This document shows, piece by piece, positions 28,750 to 40,941 of a stretch of DNA of 64,000 nt (the stretch's first letter is position 1; each line of letters starts with the position of its first letter). The notes below the pieces were generated by a model. The model saw only the letters and a program-made list of their open reading frames with translations, was not told the DNA's origin and did not search any database. The translations under genes and the position numbers were made by a program. Source of the stretch: Lachnospiraceae bacterium (GTDB lineage: Bacteria > Bacillota > Clostridia > Lachnospirales > Lachnospiraceae). The stretch spans positions 1,730 through 65,729 of the forward strand of contig JAZRYX010000027.1 in the NCBI GenBank assembly GCA_045600945.1, written 5' to 3'.

Positions 28750-29754
28750 ATGTTAGGTGACCAGAAAGTACTGTTCAGTGGTATGCAGGCCACGGGAAAT
28801 CTTACACTCGGTAATTATCTCGGAGCTTTAAAGAACTGGGTTAATATCAGCGACGAGTACAAAACATTTTTCTGCGTAGTTGATGAACACTCTATCACGG
28901 TTCGTCAGGATCCGGCAGAACTCCGCAAAAGAGCAAGAGCACTTCTTATGCTTTATATCGCGGCAGGACTCGATCCCGAAAAGAACTGTATCTATTATCA
29001 GAGTCATGTTTCGGGACATGCGGAACTCGCATGGATACTCAATTGCTTCACTTATATGGGTGAGCTCTCACGTATGACTCAGTTCAAAGACAAATCCGCA
29101 AAACATGCAGACAACATCAATGCCGGATTGTTCACATATCCTGTCCTTATGGCAGCTGATATCCTCTTATATCAGGCAGACGTTGTCCCGGTTGGTATCG
29201 ATCAGAAGCAGCATCTTGAGCTTACGCGCGATATCGCGGAGAGGTTCAATTCTATATACGGCGAGGTATTTACCATCCCCGAGATCTATCTCGGCAAGGT
29301 CGGACGAAAGATCATGAGTCTGCAGGATCCCGCTAAGAAGATGAGCAAATCCGATGAAAATCCGAACGGCTCTATCTACCTCATGGATGACAAAGATACC
29401 ATCATACGCAAGTTCAAACGTGCTGTTACTGATAGTGAAGCATGCGTTCGTTACAGTGATAATCAGCCGGGTATCAAGAATCTGCTGGATATCTATTGCG
29501 CATGTACAGGTTCAACTACCGAAGCAGCCGAGAAAGAGTTTGAAGGAAAAGGATACGGCGATTTCAAGATTGCAGTCGGTGAGGCTGTTGCAGGAGAACT
29601 CATACCTCTGCAGAATCGTTTCCATGAACTTGAACAGAACAAGGATTATGTAGATAAGATTATTAAGGAAAATGCCGAGCAGGCCTCCTACTTTGCGAAT
29701 AAAACCTTACGTAAAGTTCAGAAGAAAATCGGATTCCCTGAAAGAGTCAGATGA
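28750..29754 (+). CDS. trpS: Tryptophan--tRNA ligase
   Basis: FSGMQATGNLTLGNYLGAL (HIGH-equivalent region) and the KMSKS motif (KKMSKSDENP); 334 aa. Confidence 0.95.
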   Translation: MLGDQKVLFSGMQATGNLTLGNYLGALKNWVNISDEYKTFFCVVDEHSITVRQDPAELRKRARALLMLYIAAGLDPEKNCIYYQSHVSGHAELAWILNCFTYMGELSRMTQFKDKSAKHADNINAGLFTYPVLMAADILLYQADVVPVGIDQKQHLELTRDIAERFNSIYGEVFTIPEIYLGKVGRKIMSLQDPAKKMSKSDENPNGSIYLMDDKDTIIRKFKRAVTDSEACVRYSDNQPGIKNLLDIYCACTGSTTEAAEKEFEGKGYGDFKIAVGEAVAGELIPLQNRFHELEQNKDYVDKIIKENAEQASYFANKTLRKVQKKIGFPERVR

Positions 29755-29770
29755 TTCGGACAAAAACAAA

Positions 29771-29806
29771 AAATCCTCTGTGGAAAAACCACGGAGGATT
29801 TTTATT
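29771..29806 (+). terminator. Terminator hairpin between the convergent trpS and putP-like genes
   Basis: ATCCTCTGTGG-aaaaa-CCACGGAGGAT (one G-U pair) followed by TTTTATTT. It is flanked by an A-run on the other side, so it could act in both directions. Confidence 0.8.
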
Positions 29807-29815
29807 TCAAACTTA

Positions 29816-31276
29816 TCAGTCTTTGTAATTAACTGCAGTATCAAAAAGTTCCTGAACTTTCTGAGGAGCTCCGCCTGTTGCATTGGTTACAATGATTGAA
29901 ACGATAAGACCTGCAACAAATCCCGGAAGAATCTCATAGATACCCGTCGGTCCGCTTAAGAAGATAAGCCATATGATATCTACTGCAGCGCCTGTTACGA
30001 TACCTGCAAGAGCACCCTGTCGGTTAAACTTCTTCCAGAAGAGACTTAAGATGATTACCGGGCTGAATGCCGCTCCGAAGATACCCCATGCATTTTCAAC
30101 AAGTCCCATTATGGTTCCGCTGTTCGGATTTGATGCAATGATAACTGCGATAACCGTGATAATAAGAACAACGAATCTTCCTGCCCAAAGCATCTCCTTA
30201 TCCGTAGCCTTGCCTTTACGAATGATAGGCTTATAAACATCGCTTGCAAATGCCGAAGCAGATGAAAGAAGCTGTGAATCAGCCGTTGACATAGATGCCG
30301 CGAGTATAGCAGAAAGAAGTATACCTGAGATAAGTCCCGGGAATATCATTCTGACCATCTGGATAAATACCGTTGAGTTATCATCGATATTTCCGAGAAG
30401 GAGATGTCCGATACATCCTGATGCTACCGAGAAGATAACGATGATTACATTCCATGCGATACCGATTTTTGCCGACTTCTTTAATTCTTTGTCTGATCTG
30501 AGCGACATGAATCTTACGATGATATGAGGCATACCGAAGTATCCGAGTCCCCATGCAAGTCCCGATACAACCTGCCTCCAGTCTGCAAAGAGATTCCAGT
30601 AATTCTCCGGAAGATTTGAAAATCCGTCAACTGCTCCGCCGCCTGCATTGATAACTCCGAGTGCAAAGATAGGAGCTATAAGAAGTGCGCCCAGCATCAG
30701 AAGTCCCTGGAAAAAGTCAGTCCAGCAAACTGCCGAGAATCCACCAAGGAATGTATATGCAAGAATGATAGCTGCTGCTATATACATGGCAGCCGTCGAA
30801 TCGATACCGATAACAGTGTTAAAAAGTGTACCGCAGGCCTTCATACTTGATGCTGCATAGATAGTATATGCTACAAGGAAGATGATTGCACAGACAACCT
30901 GGGTAGTCTTCTTTTCAGACAGAAATCTGTTTGTAAGATACTGCGGTACCGTGATTGAATCTCCGGATACGATAGTGAACTTGCGCAGTCTGCCTGCCTC
31001 ACACAGCCATGCGATTGCATAACCGATTGCAAGTCCTATGGCAACCCATGCATTTCCGAGTCCGGTCGCATAAACAGATGCAGGAAGTCCCATAAGCACC
31101 CACGCGCTCATGTCAGATGCTCCGGCACTTAGTGCAGAAACCCATGCGCCCATCTGACGACCGCCGAGGAAATAATCTTTCTCACCGCCGTTTTTTGATT
31201 TTACAAAGAAATAAACACCGATACCCAACATAAATATCAGGTAAATGATGAATACTATACTCTCAATATTTAACAT
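29816..31276 (-). CDS. putP: Sodium:solute symporter family protein, sodium/proline symporter-like
   Basis: 486 aa with about 13 TM segments. The N-terminus ...DYFLGGRQMGAWVSALSAGASDMSAWVLMGLP is typical of PutP-type SSS transporters. Confidence 0.75.
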   Translation of the reverse strand: MLNIESIVFIIYLIFMLGIGVYFFVKSKNGGEKDYFLGGRQMGAWVSALSAGASDMSAWVLMGLPASVYATGLGNAWVAIGLAIGYAIAWLCEAGRLRKFTIVSGDSITVPQYLTNRFLSEKKTTQVVCAIIFLVAYTIYAASSMKACGTLFNTVIGIDSTAAMYIAAAIILAYTFLGGFSAVCWTDFFQGLLMLGALLIAPIFALGVINAGGGAVDGFSNLPENYWNLFADWRQVVSGLAWGLGYFGMPHIIVRFMSLRSDKELKKSAKIGIAWNVIIVIFSVASGCIGHLLLGNIDDNSTVFIQMVRMIFPGLISGILLSAILAASMSTADSQLLSSASAFASDVYKPIIRKGKATDKEMLWAGRFVVLIITVIAVIIASNPNSGTIMGLVENAWGIFGAAFSPVIILSLFWKKFNRQGALAGIVTGAAVDIIWLIFLSGPTGIYEILPGFVAGLIVSIIVTNATGGAPQKVQELFDTAVNYKD

Positions 31277-31347
31277 ACCCTAACATCCTCCTAACTGAAA
31301 AACCGAACTACAAAATAATATCACAAATACTCATTCCCGTAAACTCT

Positions 31348-31818
31348 TTACTCCGGAAGTTTAGTAACATCTATCCACTCAATATATCCGCTTGAACGTT
31401 CAAGCTCGGGGATGGTAAGCTTTACCGCCGAATTATCGGTTCCTGCTGCCGGATATACTATATCGAACTTCTTGAGCGATTCATCCAGGTAGACCTTCAC
31501 GTTATCATTTACTCCGAAAGGACATACTCCGCCGACAGCATGACCGATGGCGCCCTCTACTTCGTCAAATGAAATCATTTTTGCCTTGGTATGAAATTTC
31601 TCTTTGAACTTATGATTGTCTATTTTGACATCTCCCGTCGCAAGGATAAGGATAGGCTCATCTCCTACCCAGAAGCTCATGGTCTTTGCAATCTGCGCCG
31701 GTATGGTCCCGAGTGCCTGTGCGGCCAGCTCGCAGGTTGCCGTACTTACCTCAAAAAGTTTTATGCGATCCTCAAGTCCGCATTTTGCCAGATGTTCTTT
31801 TGCTTTGTCGTATCCCAT
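31348..31818 (-). CDS. YbaK/EbsC-family aminoacyl-tRNA deacylase (prolyl-tRNA editing domain protein)
   Basis: 156 aa; ...KTMSFWVGDEPILILATGDVKIDNHKFK...VGGVCPFG... matches the YbaK/ProX fold motifs. Confidence 0.75.
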   Translation of the reverse strand: MGYDKAKEHLAKCGLEDRIKLFEVSTATCELAAQALGTIPAQIAKTMSFWVGDEPILILATGDVKIDNHKFKEKFHTKAKMISFDEVEGAIGHAVGGVCPFGVNDNVKVYLDESLKKFDIVYPAAGTDNSAVKLTIPELERSSGYIEWIDVTKLPE

Positions 31819-31823
31819 AGTCT

Positions 31824-32852
31824 TTACTCCTTTATGAACATAGCATCTCCGAATGAGAAAAATCTGTATCTTTCTTCGACTGCCTCTTTATATGCATTAA
31901 GTACATTCTCTCTTCCCGCAAGTGCACTTACCAGCATGATAAGCGTAGATTCAGGTAAATGGAAATTCGTAATCAGTTCATCAAGCACTTTGAATTTATA
32001 TCCCGGATAAATATAGATTTCCGTCCATCCGCTCTGTGCGTGAACTATTCCGTCATCCGTAGACGCGCTCTCAACTGTCCTGCAGCTCGTCGTTCCGACG
32101 CAGATTACTTTGCCGCCGCGCTCTTTGGCCTCATTGATACGTCGCGCCGCATCATCTGTCACGACATAGTATTCCGAATGCATGTGATGCTCTTTTATAT
32201 TTGTTTCTTTTACCGGTCTGAAAGTTCCCAGTCCGACATGGAGCGTGACATGAACTATATCAACTCCCATATCCTCGATTTCTTTCAGGAGTTCTTTTGT
32301 AAAATGCAGCCCTGCCGTCGGCGCTGCCGCACTTCCGTCATGCTCTGCATATACCGTGTTATATCTTGTCTTGTCTTTAAGTCTGTGTGTTATATACGGA
32401 GGAAGCGGCATCTGTCCGAGCCGGTCGAGTACTTCTTCCCAGATACCGTCAAAGTGAAATCTTACGAGACGGTTACCTTCTTCGACAATATCTTCGACCG
32501 TTGCTTCTAAAAGTCCCTCACCGAAAATCACTTTTGTTCCGACCTTGCATTTCTTTCCCGGACGGACCAGAGTTTCCCACAGATCTTTTTCGATACGTCT
32601 TAAAAGCAGTATCTCAATCTCTTCGTCTTTATCCGGTCTGTGTCCTATAAGTCTTGCCGGTATGACTTTTGTGTCATTGATGACCATGCAGTCACCTTGG
32701 TGAATATACTCTTTTATATCTGTGAAATGCCTGTGCTCAAGTTCACCTGTGTTTTTATCAAGAACCAAAAGGCGCGATGATGATCTGTCCTCGAGCGGAT
32801 CCTGTGCGATCAGTTCTTTGGGAAGATCATAATAAAAATCATGTAATTCCAT
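31824..32852 (-). CDS. queA: S-adenosylmethionine:tRNA ribosyltransferase-isomerase
   Basis: [31 protein letters not shown]...PLPPYI...[13 protein letters not shown]...[10 protein letters not shown]. Confidence 0.95.
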   Translation of the reverse strand: MELHDFYYDLPKELIAQDPLEDRSSSRLLVLDKNTGELEHRHFTDIKEYIHQGDCMVINDTKVIPARLIGHRPDKDEEIEILLLRRIEKDLWETLVRPGKKCKVGTKVIFGEGLLEATVEDIVEEGNRLVRFHFDGIWEEVLDRLGQMPLPPYITHRLKDKTRYNTVYAEHDGSAAAPTAGLHFTKELLKEIEDMGVDIVHVTLHVGLGTFRPVKETNIKEHHMHSEYYVVTDDAARRINEAKERGGKVICVGTTSCRTVESASTDDGIVHAQSGWTEIYIYPGYKFKVLDELITNFHLPESTLIMLVSALAGRENVLNAYKEAVEERYRFFSFGDAMFIKE

Positions 32853-32859
32853 TTTGTAT

Positions 32860-33714
32860 TTATTGTTCTCCTATTATGATTTCAACATCTTCTGCCTCAG
32901 AGCTTTCTTCGCTGTTTCCTGATGTCTCCTCACTCTCAATACGTATAGCGTTCGGATCTGTCTCTTCCGGAGCTGCTTCCTCATTCTCGGTATCCGACCA
33001 TAACTGATAAAGCTTGGCAAGCTGTGCATCATTGATTACGGCCTGTGCGAGTCTTGTTCTCATATCGTTATCGAGCATCATAACATCTTCCGATGTTGAT
33101 ACCTGAACAAGAAGCTCTTTCTGCTTATCATTTAACTTATCGGGCTCAAGCATGTAATAATTTCCGTCTGCTCCCTTGTAGACATAGGCCCAGGTCAGCA
33201 TAGGCGCGGGAGTATCTATGCCGGCAAACTTAAGATCACTTGCAATATATACAAGATACGAATCTTCTTCACATCCGGGTGTCGTATAACAGATAGTGTT
33301 ATCATACGACTCATATACTTTGGATTCTTCTGCGAGTTTCTCCCTGAGTTCCTCAATGTCCTCGTCCGGTTCTCTTCCGAATACCGAATACATAAGTTCC
33401 GCATCGCCTGTCACCTTTGCACGCTGATACTTCGCAACTATCTCGTTGACCTCCGGAACAGCATTTTGCTGAAGTCCGTATTTATCGAAATTATTAGCTA
33501 TGATTTCCGTCTGCGATGCGCTTTCGGACATCTGCTCTTCAGCCTTTGCCGTTTCAACGGCAGCCGTCTTCTCCGGTGCATTTTTCACGCGATCTGCAAT
33601 GACTATTACCAGTATAAGGATGATTACGACAACCGGGATGATAAGGATCTTTGCGACCTTCATCACCTTGTATTCATCCATGCCGGCGATTTTTCTGTTT
33701 TTTTCGTATTTCAT
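32860..33714 (-). CDS. Hypothetical membrane-anchored acidic protein
   Basis: 284 aa. One N-terminal TM ([18 protein letters not shown]) and an acidic C-terminal tail ([17 protein letters not shown]). No family recognised. Confidence 0.5.
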   Translation of the reverse strand: MKYEKNRKIAGMDEYKVMKVAKILIIPVVVIILILVIVIADRVKNAPEKTAAVETAKAEEQMSESASQTEIIANNFDKYGLQQNAVPEVNEIVAKYQRAKVTGDAELMYSVFGREPDEDIEELREKLAEESKVYESYDNTICYTTPGCEEDSYLVYIASDLKFAGIDTPAPMLTWAYVYKGADGNYYMLEPDKLNDKQKELLVQVSTSEDVMMLDNDMRTRLAQAVINDAQLAKLYQLWSDTENEEAAPEETDPNAIRIESEETSGNSEESSEAEDVEIIIGEQ

Positions 33715-33746
33715 AATCTGTCCAATCCCGATGTATCCACATCGTA

Positions 33747-33820
33747 TGTAACCGGCGGGATTCGAACCCGCGATCTTCAGAGTCGGAGTCTGATGCGATA
33801 TCCAGCTTCGCTACGATTAC
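33747..33820 (-). tRNA. tRNA-Arg (anticodon CCG), CCA tail not encoded
   Basis: The minus strand is GTAATCGTAGCGAAGCTGGATATCGCATCAGACTCCGACTCTGAAGATCGCGGGTTCGAATCCCGCCGGTTACA. It folds by hand into a cloverleaf with anticodon loop CTCCGAC. Confidence 0.9.
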
Positions 33821-33841
33821 TCGTCGCTGTGGACTGCGCTT

Positions 33842-33983
33842 CTCCTCGTGTCAAAGCCTTGCTTTGACACTCGTTACGCTTCGTCACAGCTCCTCTCCGC
33901 ACATGACTCGTCATGTGCGGGAAAAACATAATTCATCCCGTTACGACGTTCCTCCTCTTCCGGTCACGTCAGGCCGTGACCGG
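33842..33983 (-). other. Three GC-rich stem-loops, each followed by GAGGAG, between uvrB and tRNA-Arg
   Basis: On the minus strand: CCGGTCACG-gcctga-CGTGACCGG+AAGAGGAGG; CCGCACATGA-cgag-TCATGTGCGG+AGAGGAG; GTGTCAAAGC-aag-GCTTTGACAC+GAGGAG. None has a U-tract. Confidence 0.6.
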
Positions 33984-34008
33984 GTTAAAATCAAAACCAA
34001 TTTTGTTA

Positions 34009-35991
34009 CTATAAATCCTGTAGTAGCTTGTTAACTTCAACCATCCGGTCGCGGAGTTCGGCTGCAGTTTCAAATTCAAGTTCAGCCGCTGCCCTCCTCA
34101 TGCGGCGTTCAAGTTCTTTTGAAAGTTTTTTAAGCTCATCTTCATCCATAGACTCGGGATCTTTCTGCCACTTGCCTTTGTCTTTGGATGCCGCTTTTGA
34201 TATTGCTATGACATCACGGACTGCTTTTTTTATAGTCTCCGGTGTTATGCCGTGCTCTTCGTTATACTTCATTTGAACACTGCGTCTTCGATTTGTCTCC
34301 TCGAGTGCGGCCTTCATTGAATCCGTCATTGTATCCGCATACATGATTACGTGTCCATCGGCATTACGTGCAGCACGTCCTATGGTCTGAATAAGCGATG
34401 TCTCTGATCTCAAGAAACCTTCCTTGTCTGCATCAAGTATCGCCACAAGTCCTATCTCCGGGATATCAAGTCCCTCTCGCAGAAGATTTATTCCGACAAG
34501 AACATCGAAAACATCCAGTCGCATGTCTCTGATAATCTCACTTCGCTGCAGAGTATCGATATCGCTGTGCAGATATCTGACTCTTATTCCGACTTCCTTC
34601 ATATAATCCGTCAGATCCTCTGCCATCTTTTTGGTCAGTGTAGTGATGAGAACTTTATTACCTTTGGAAACTTCCTTGTTACACTCACTGATGAGGTCAT
34701 CTATCTGTCCCGTTATCGGACGCACTTCAACACTCGGGTCGAGAAGTCCGGTAGGTCTTATAATCTGCTCTGTTCTTAAGAGCTCATGTTCAGCTTCGTA
34801 CTTCGCAGGCGTTGCAGAAACAAAAAGCATCTGATCTATCTTGCTCTCGAACTCTTCAAAACAAAGCGGTCTGTTATCCAGTGCCGACGGAAGTCTGAAT
34901 CCGTAATTGACCAGTGTAGTCTTTCTGTTTCTGTCTCCGTTATACATGGCGCCGATCTGCGGAATAGTCATATGTGACTCATCAATTATGAAAAGCATCT
35001 CCGACGGGAAATAATCGATGAGTGTATATGGCGGCTGTCCCGGAGCCGTGCCTATAAGATGTCTTGAGTAATTCTCGATTCCGGAACAAAATCCGGTCTC
35101 CTTCATCATTTCAACATCATAGTGTGTTCTTTCATCTATTCTCTGAGCCTCAAGGAATTTCTCCTCACTCTTAAAGAAGTTGACTCTTTCTTCGCATTCC
35201 GCAAGTATGTTCTGTGCTGCGATCTCCATTCTCTCCGGAGCGACTACATAATGAGATGCCGGAAAGATTGCAACATGCCCGAGTTCACATATGGGTTTTC
35301 CTGTTACGACATCCATCTGGGTAATCTTTTCGATTTCATCACCGAAGAACTCGACCCTGAATGCTTCTTTACTTAAGTATGCAGGGAATATCTCAAGCGT
35401 ATCTCCACGCACTCTGAAACATCCTCGTTTAAAGTCCATATCATTGCGGGCATACTGGATATCTACAAGTTTATGTATGACCTCATCTCTGTCCTTTATC
35501 ATGCCCGGTCTTAATGATACGACCTGCTCTCTGTAATCTATAGGTGAACCCAGTCCGTAAATGCAGGAAACAGAAGCTACTATTATTACGTCATCTCTTT
35601 CCGAAAGCATCGCCGTTGCCGAGTGACGAAGTTTATCTATCTCATCATTTATCGCTGAGTCTTTTTCAATATATGTATCTGTCGAAGGTACATATGCCTC
35701 CGGTTGGTAGTAGTCGTAATATGATACAAAGTACTCGACAGCATTTTCGGGAAAGAACTCTTTGAGTTCGGAATACAGCTGTGCAGCCAGCGTTTTGTTG
35801 TGAGCTATAACCAAAGTAGGCTTTCCCAGCTGAGCGATAACATTTGCCATGGTGAAAGTCTTTCCCGATCCGGTCGCACCCAGAAGCGTCTCGAACTGAT
35901 TACCGGCCTTAAAGCCATCCACCAGTTCCTTTATCGCCTTCGGCTGATCTCCGGTAGGTTTGTATTCTGATACTAGTTTAAATTCCGCCAT
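34009..35991 (-). CDS. uvrB: Excinuclease ABC subunit B
   Basis: [17 protein letters not shown]...[14 protein letters not shown]..., helicase motifs, and a C-terminal UVR domain ([15 protein letters not shown]); 660 aa. Confidence 0.97.
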   Translation of the reverse strand: MAEFKLVSEYKPTGDQPKAIKELVDGFKAGNQFETLLGATGSGKTFTMANVIAQLGKPTLVIAHNKTLAAQLYSELKEFFPENAVEYFVSYYDYYQPEAYVPSTDTYIEKDSAINDEIDKLRHSATAMLSERDDVIIVASVSCIYGLGSPIDYREQVVSLRPGMIKDRDEVIHKLVDIQYARNDMDFKRGCFRVRGDTLEIFPAYLSKEAFRVEFFGDEIEKITQMDVVTGKPICELGHVAIFPASHYVVAPERMEIAAQNILAECEERVNFFKSEEKFLEAQRIDERTHYDVEMMKETGFCSGIENYSRHLIGTAPGQPPYTLIDYFPSEMLFIIDESHMTIPQIGAMYNGDRNRKTTLVNYGFRLPSALDNRPLCFEEFESKIDQMLFVSATPAKYEAEHELLRTEQIIRPTGLLDPSVEVRPITGQIDDLISECNKEVSKGNKVLITTLTKKMAEDLTDYMKEVGIRVRYLHSDIDTLQRSEIIRDMRLDVFDVLVGINLLREGLDIPEIGLVAILDADKEGFLRSETSLIQTIGRAARNADGHVIMYADTMTDSMKAALEETNRRRSVQMKYNEEHGITPETIKKAVRDVIAISKAASKDKGKWQKDPESMDEDELKKLSKELERRMRRAAAELEFETAAELRDRMVEVNKLLQDL

Positions 35992-36598
35992 CTGTCGTGT
36001 ATTTCTTTATCACTTTCCAAAATCCCTGCCTGCTCATCGGTTTTCCGTCACAGTTGGAAAATAATCTGTCGCAGGCATTCCCCGCAAGGAGTGACTCTCT
36101 TGATCCGTATATATAATCATCCACTATGACACGCGTTTCTTCCGGTAAGTCGAGTTTGTTTACATCATCGGTAGTCAGGCTGAGTATCGCACTTACTTTC
36201 ATGCCGGTGTCCAGCATGATTGCTATCATTGCCCTGTCACGTACCGCTTTATCACTGTATCCTTTCGGCATGCTCTTAAGCAAGATTTTCTCCTCTTCGG
36301 TGAAGCTGTGCCGCGGATTTTTAATTACCTTCGGCGGTACGATGTCGTCCATAGGATTTTTCTCCATCACTCCGCTTAATACGAGACTTCTGAAGAAAAC
36401 ATTCATCGACGAATATATCCGTGAAAGGCTCGCGGTGGATCTGCCGTCCGCGATATGCCGTGCGTAATCCCGTACATCCTTTTCCGGATTAGTCTCCAGA
36501 TAATCCTCCATCTGCATAAGATCCCTGCGATACGACAAAATCGTATTGCGGGATTTATTCAGCTGAGATATGAAATTTTCTATCTGTTCCTTATACAT
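35978..36598 (-). CDS. XerD-like tyrosine-recombinase fragment (N-terminal SAM-like domain plus first part of the catalytic domain; probably non-catalytic)
   Basis: 206 aa. It ends at ...[18 protein letters not shown], just before the position of the H-x-x-R and Tyr catalytic motifs. The TGLRVSE box reads TGMKVSA, so Arg-I is replaced by Lys. The 3' end overlaps the uvrB start by 14 nt. Confidence 0.6.
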   Translation of the reverse strand: MYKEQIENFISQLNKSRNTILSYRRDLMQMEDYLETNPEKDVRDYARHIADGRSTASLSRIYSSMNVFFRSLVLSGVMEKNPMDDIVPPKVIKNPRHSFTEEEKILLKSMPKGYSDKAVRDRAMIAIMLDTGMKVSAILSLTTDDVNKLDLPEETRVIVDDYIYGSRESLLAGNACDRLFSNCDGKPMSRQGFWKVIKKYTTDGGI

Positions 36599-37002
36599 TC
36601 GTCTGTATCTTTATCTGTTACTCCTCCGAGTCTGTCTGCCCAGTTCTCTGGATATATTGAGTAATACGAAACTTCTCCATTTTTCCACTTTTTGGCAAAT
36701 ACCGGCAAATGGCACCATAATACCGAAGGAATGCCCACTGCAATAAGGTAAAACGGACCGAGTATCATCGACTGTATCGAATGCCCGTATTCATGCTTTA
36801 TGGTCCTGAGTCCTCTTCTTTTTCCGATGAAAAGAAACATGCCCAGTGAAAGACTGTCTCTGTGATTCCAGTATGTCACACTGGCAACTTTATACGGTCT
36901 GCCCTGGTACTCATGCTTTTGAAATAAGTACATAAAAAGTCCCGCAAGGTTCTGCGGGATTCCCCAGGTCCACTGAATAAGAATGTAAAGCAGTTTCTTC
37001 AT
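36580..37002 (-). CDS. Small membrane protein with an HExxH motif (putative zincin-like)
   Basis: 140 aa, hydrophobic. HEYGH lies within ...RTIKHEYGHSIQSMILGPFYLIAVGIP. Confidence 0.5.
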   Translation of the reverse strand: MKKLLYILIQWTWGIPQNLAGLFMYLFQKHEYQGRPYKVASVTYWNHRDSLSLGMFLFIGKRRGLRTIKHEYGHSIQSMILGPFYLIAVGIPSVLWCHLPVFAKKWKNGEVSYYSIYPENWADRLGGVTDKDTDECIRNR

Positions 37003-37056
37003 CGCCCGGTTATTATAACAAATTTATGTAAACCTTGCAAGGTTATCGGAGATGTT

Positions 37057-38004
37057 TTATCCCTTAATTTGAGCCAGCCTCTCCAATACCTGCTCTTTGC
37101 TCCTGATTCCCGTCGTCGCACCTATGTATTCTGTGCAGATAGCTCCGCATACATTTGCAAACTCAAGTGCCTCCCGATCGGACTTTCCGTCATGTCTCGC
37201 TGTTATGAAGCCTGCCATGAAATTATCGCCTGCTCCTACCGCATCAACCGGATTGATTTTTACCGCAGGAAGGAATATGCGTTCATCCGCATTCTTAAGA
37301 AGACATCCCTTCGAACCCAGTTTGATGATTGCGGTCCTGACCCCGTATTTCAAAAATACGTCTGCCTGTCTGTCCGGTTCCGTCTCGCCGGTATAGAATG
37401 CCGCTTCATCTTCATTCGGGAAAATGTAGTCGATATGCTGCATTGATTTACGAATATCTTCAAGTGAAAGTGTATTGTAATTCGGAAGTTTGGTATCTGC
37501 GTAAACCGTTATCCTGTTTTCTTTTGCCTTTGAGAGCACGTTAAATATGATCTCCGGGTCATTGAACGGAGGGCGGAATAATGAACCTATGGCTATAGCC
37601 GGAGTTTCATTAAGTGCTTCCATATGTTCCTCGGGATGGAAATTATACCGATGTGATCCGTTCATTATGGACTTTCTTGTTCCGTCCCGATTGACCAGAA
37701 GTGTTGATACAGGTGTATGGATTTCTTCGTTTCGTACACAGTAGCTTATATCAACTCCGTTATTTTCAAGTGCACCGGTAACAAGTTCTGCTGCCGCATC
37801 ATAACCGAGCCCGGTGACTATGGCTGATTTAAGTCCGAGTTTTGATGCCGTGATTGATTCGTTCAGGGCTTCTCCGCCTACGGAAAGTGAACCGGATTCG
37901 GCAAAGTATCCGGCTTTTGAAATTGGGTTGGGATCAAAGCCGCGAACTATTGAATCGACAAGTGCGACTCCTATGCATACTATGTCATATTTATAATTTT
38001 TCAT
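37057..38004 (-). CDS. PfkB-family carbohydrate kinase (ribokinase-like)
   Basis: DIVCIGVALVD...GGEALN... near the N-terminus, and the C-terminal PVDAVGAGDNFMAGF (PfkB signature 2). The start is placed at MKNYKYD (38004). Confidence 0.85.
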   Translation of the reverse strand: MKNYKYDIVCIGVALVDSIVRGFDPNPISKAGYFAESGSLSVGGEALNESITASKLGLKSAIVTGLGYDAAAELVTGALENNGVDISYCVRNEEIHTPVSTLLVNRDGTRKSIMNGSHRYNFHPEEHMEALNETPAIAIGSLFRPPFNDPEIIFNVLSKAKENRITVYADTKLPNYNTLSLEDIRKSMQHIDYIFPNEDEAAFYTGETEPDRQADVFLKYGVRTAIIKLGSKGCLLKNADERIFLPAVKINPVDAVGAGDNFMAGFITARHDGKSDREALEFANVCGAICTEYIGATTGIRSKEQVLERLAQIKG

Positions 38005-38102
38005 GGTTTTATTATAGCATAAAATATACAATATAAGACGCTCAGCTCACGGCAAAAGCATGCCGTGAGCTACCGTTTGCTTCGCAAACTAATCCAGAGC
38101 AT

Positions 38103-38144
38103 AAAAGACCACATGCAAAAGTAAACTTCCGCATGTGGTCTTTT
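38103..38144 (-). terminator. Terminator hairpin downstream of groEL
   Basis: AAAAGACCACATGC-14 nt loop-GCATGTGGTCTTTT (14-bp stem), U-rich at the 3' side, 32 nt after the groEL stop. Confidence 0.7.
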
Positions 38145-38175
38145 CTACTCTGTAGCGTCTTATCAGCTTATTCGA

Positions 38176-40097
<1,922 letters not shown>

Positions 40098-40175
40098 ATC
40101 TATGTCCTCCTACATTCAAGCATCTTTTCCTGTTAATATACTACAAAAGACGCCTTCTTTACAAATTACACTGAT

Positions 40176-40203
40176 ATTATACTCTTATTGTTAGCACTGT
40201 CAA
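40176..40203 (-). promoter_or_regulatory. Sigma-A promoter of groESL
   Basis: The minus strand reads TTGACA-16 nt-TATAAT. The -35 hexamer lies inside the CIRCE element. Confidence 0.7.
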
Positions 40204-40217
40204 GAGTTGAGTGCTAA
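40191..40217. promoter_or_regulatory. CIRCE operator (HrcA binding site)
   Basis: TTAGCACTG-tcaagagtt-GAGTGCTAA matches the consensus TTAGCACTC-N9-GAGTGCTAA with one mismatch, upstream of groES. Confidence 0.92.
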
Positions 40218-40329
40218 TTTTATGGTTTTTTCATAAATTTTGTTCTTTTTAATATTATTTAGGTTTTTTTAACTTTTAATTCTCCCCTTTTTAGGTTAAA
40301 ATATGGTCAGCAAGTAAGGAGGTATACCC

Positions 40330-40866
40330 ATGAAAGTAGCCGGAATTATAGGAGCTCTCATTTTCGCAGGCGGTGTATATGCCGGAATCAAATACTACGA
40401 GAAGTACCGCAAAGATCATGCTGAGCTTGAAGATGACTTTTCAGAATATGAAGAGGATGATGAGAAAGCATTTGAAGCTGAAGAGACTCAGGATTTTGAT
40501 GCAAATGTTACCGTTGATGAAGATCCGAATGTCAAATATACTTCTCTCAACTCAAACAAAGAAAATTTCGTCGAGGCGGCACGAAATGTGGCTAAGGCAG
40601 CCAAAGAAATGGTTGGTCCGGCCAAAGGTATCGTAAAAAACATAGGTGAAATCATTAACGATAAAGTTGATGATTCACATATCGTTGCGGGCGATTATGT
40701 TGCTTCGGTTAAGGAAAAAGTTGAGAACATCGTAGAGGAGACAAAGGGCAAAATCGGAGTCAAGGAAGAGGATGTTCTGGATAAGGATCTCGAGGGCTTT
40801 GATACGACAGATGATGTCATCATTGACATAGACATTTCAAAGGACGAAAAGAAAGACCAGCAATAA
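40330..40866 (+). CDS. Hypothetical membrane-anchored acidic protein
   Basis: 178 aa. N-terminal TM (VAGIIGALIFAGGVYAGI), RBS AAGGAGG upstream, very acidic. Divergent from groESL. Confidence 0.55.
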   Translation: MKVAGIIGALIFAGGVYAGIKYYEKYRKDHAELEDDFSEYEEDDEKAFEAEETQDFDANVTVDEDPNVKYTSLNSNKENFVEAARNVAKAAKEMVGPAKGIVKNIGEIINDKVDDSHIVAGDYVASVKEKVENIVEETKGKIGVKEEDVLDKDLEGFDTTDDVIIDIDISKDEKKDQQ

Positions 40867-40908
40867 AGCAATACCAACTGACATAAGACAAGACTCATAC
40901 AAATTTGG

Positions 40909-40927
40909 GGAGGTGATAATCACCTCC
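40909..40927. terminator. Hairpin between convergent genes (weak U-tract)
   Basis: GGAGGTGA-taa-TCACCTCC, followed by GCATTTCATTT on the plus strand. Confidence 0.4.
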
Positions 40928-40941
40928 GCATTTCATTTGTC

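Noticed and set aside
33886-33945. A 19-codon ORF (MNYVFPAHDESCAERSCDEA) after the first GAGGAGG block.
   Set aside because: The SD-to-ATG spacing is about 14 nt, the frame runs through hairpin 2, and there is no compelling peptide features. It is treated as part of the structured spacer rather than as a gene.
35978-36598. The integrase-like gene as a marker of a prophage or integrative element.
   Set aside because: There are no phage, conjugation or transposition genes on either side, and I saw no flanking direct repeats. The gene is truncated and mutated at a catalytic residue, so it is reported as a degenerate fragment instead.
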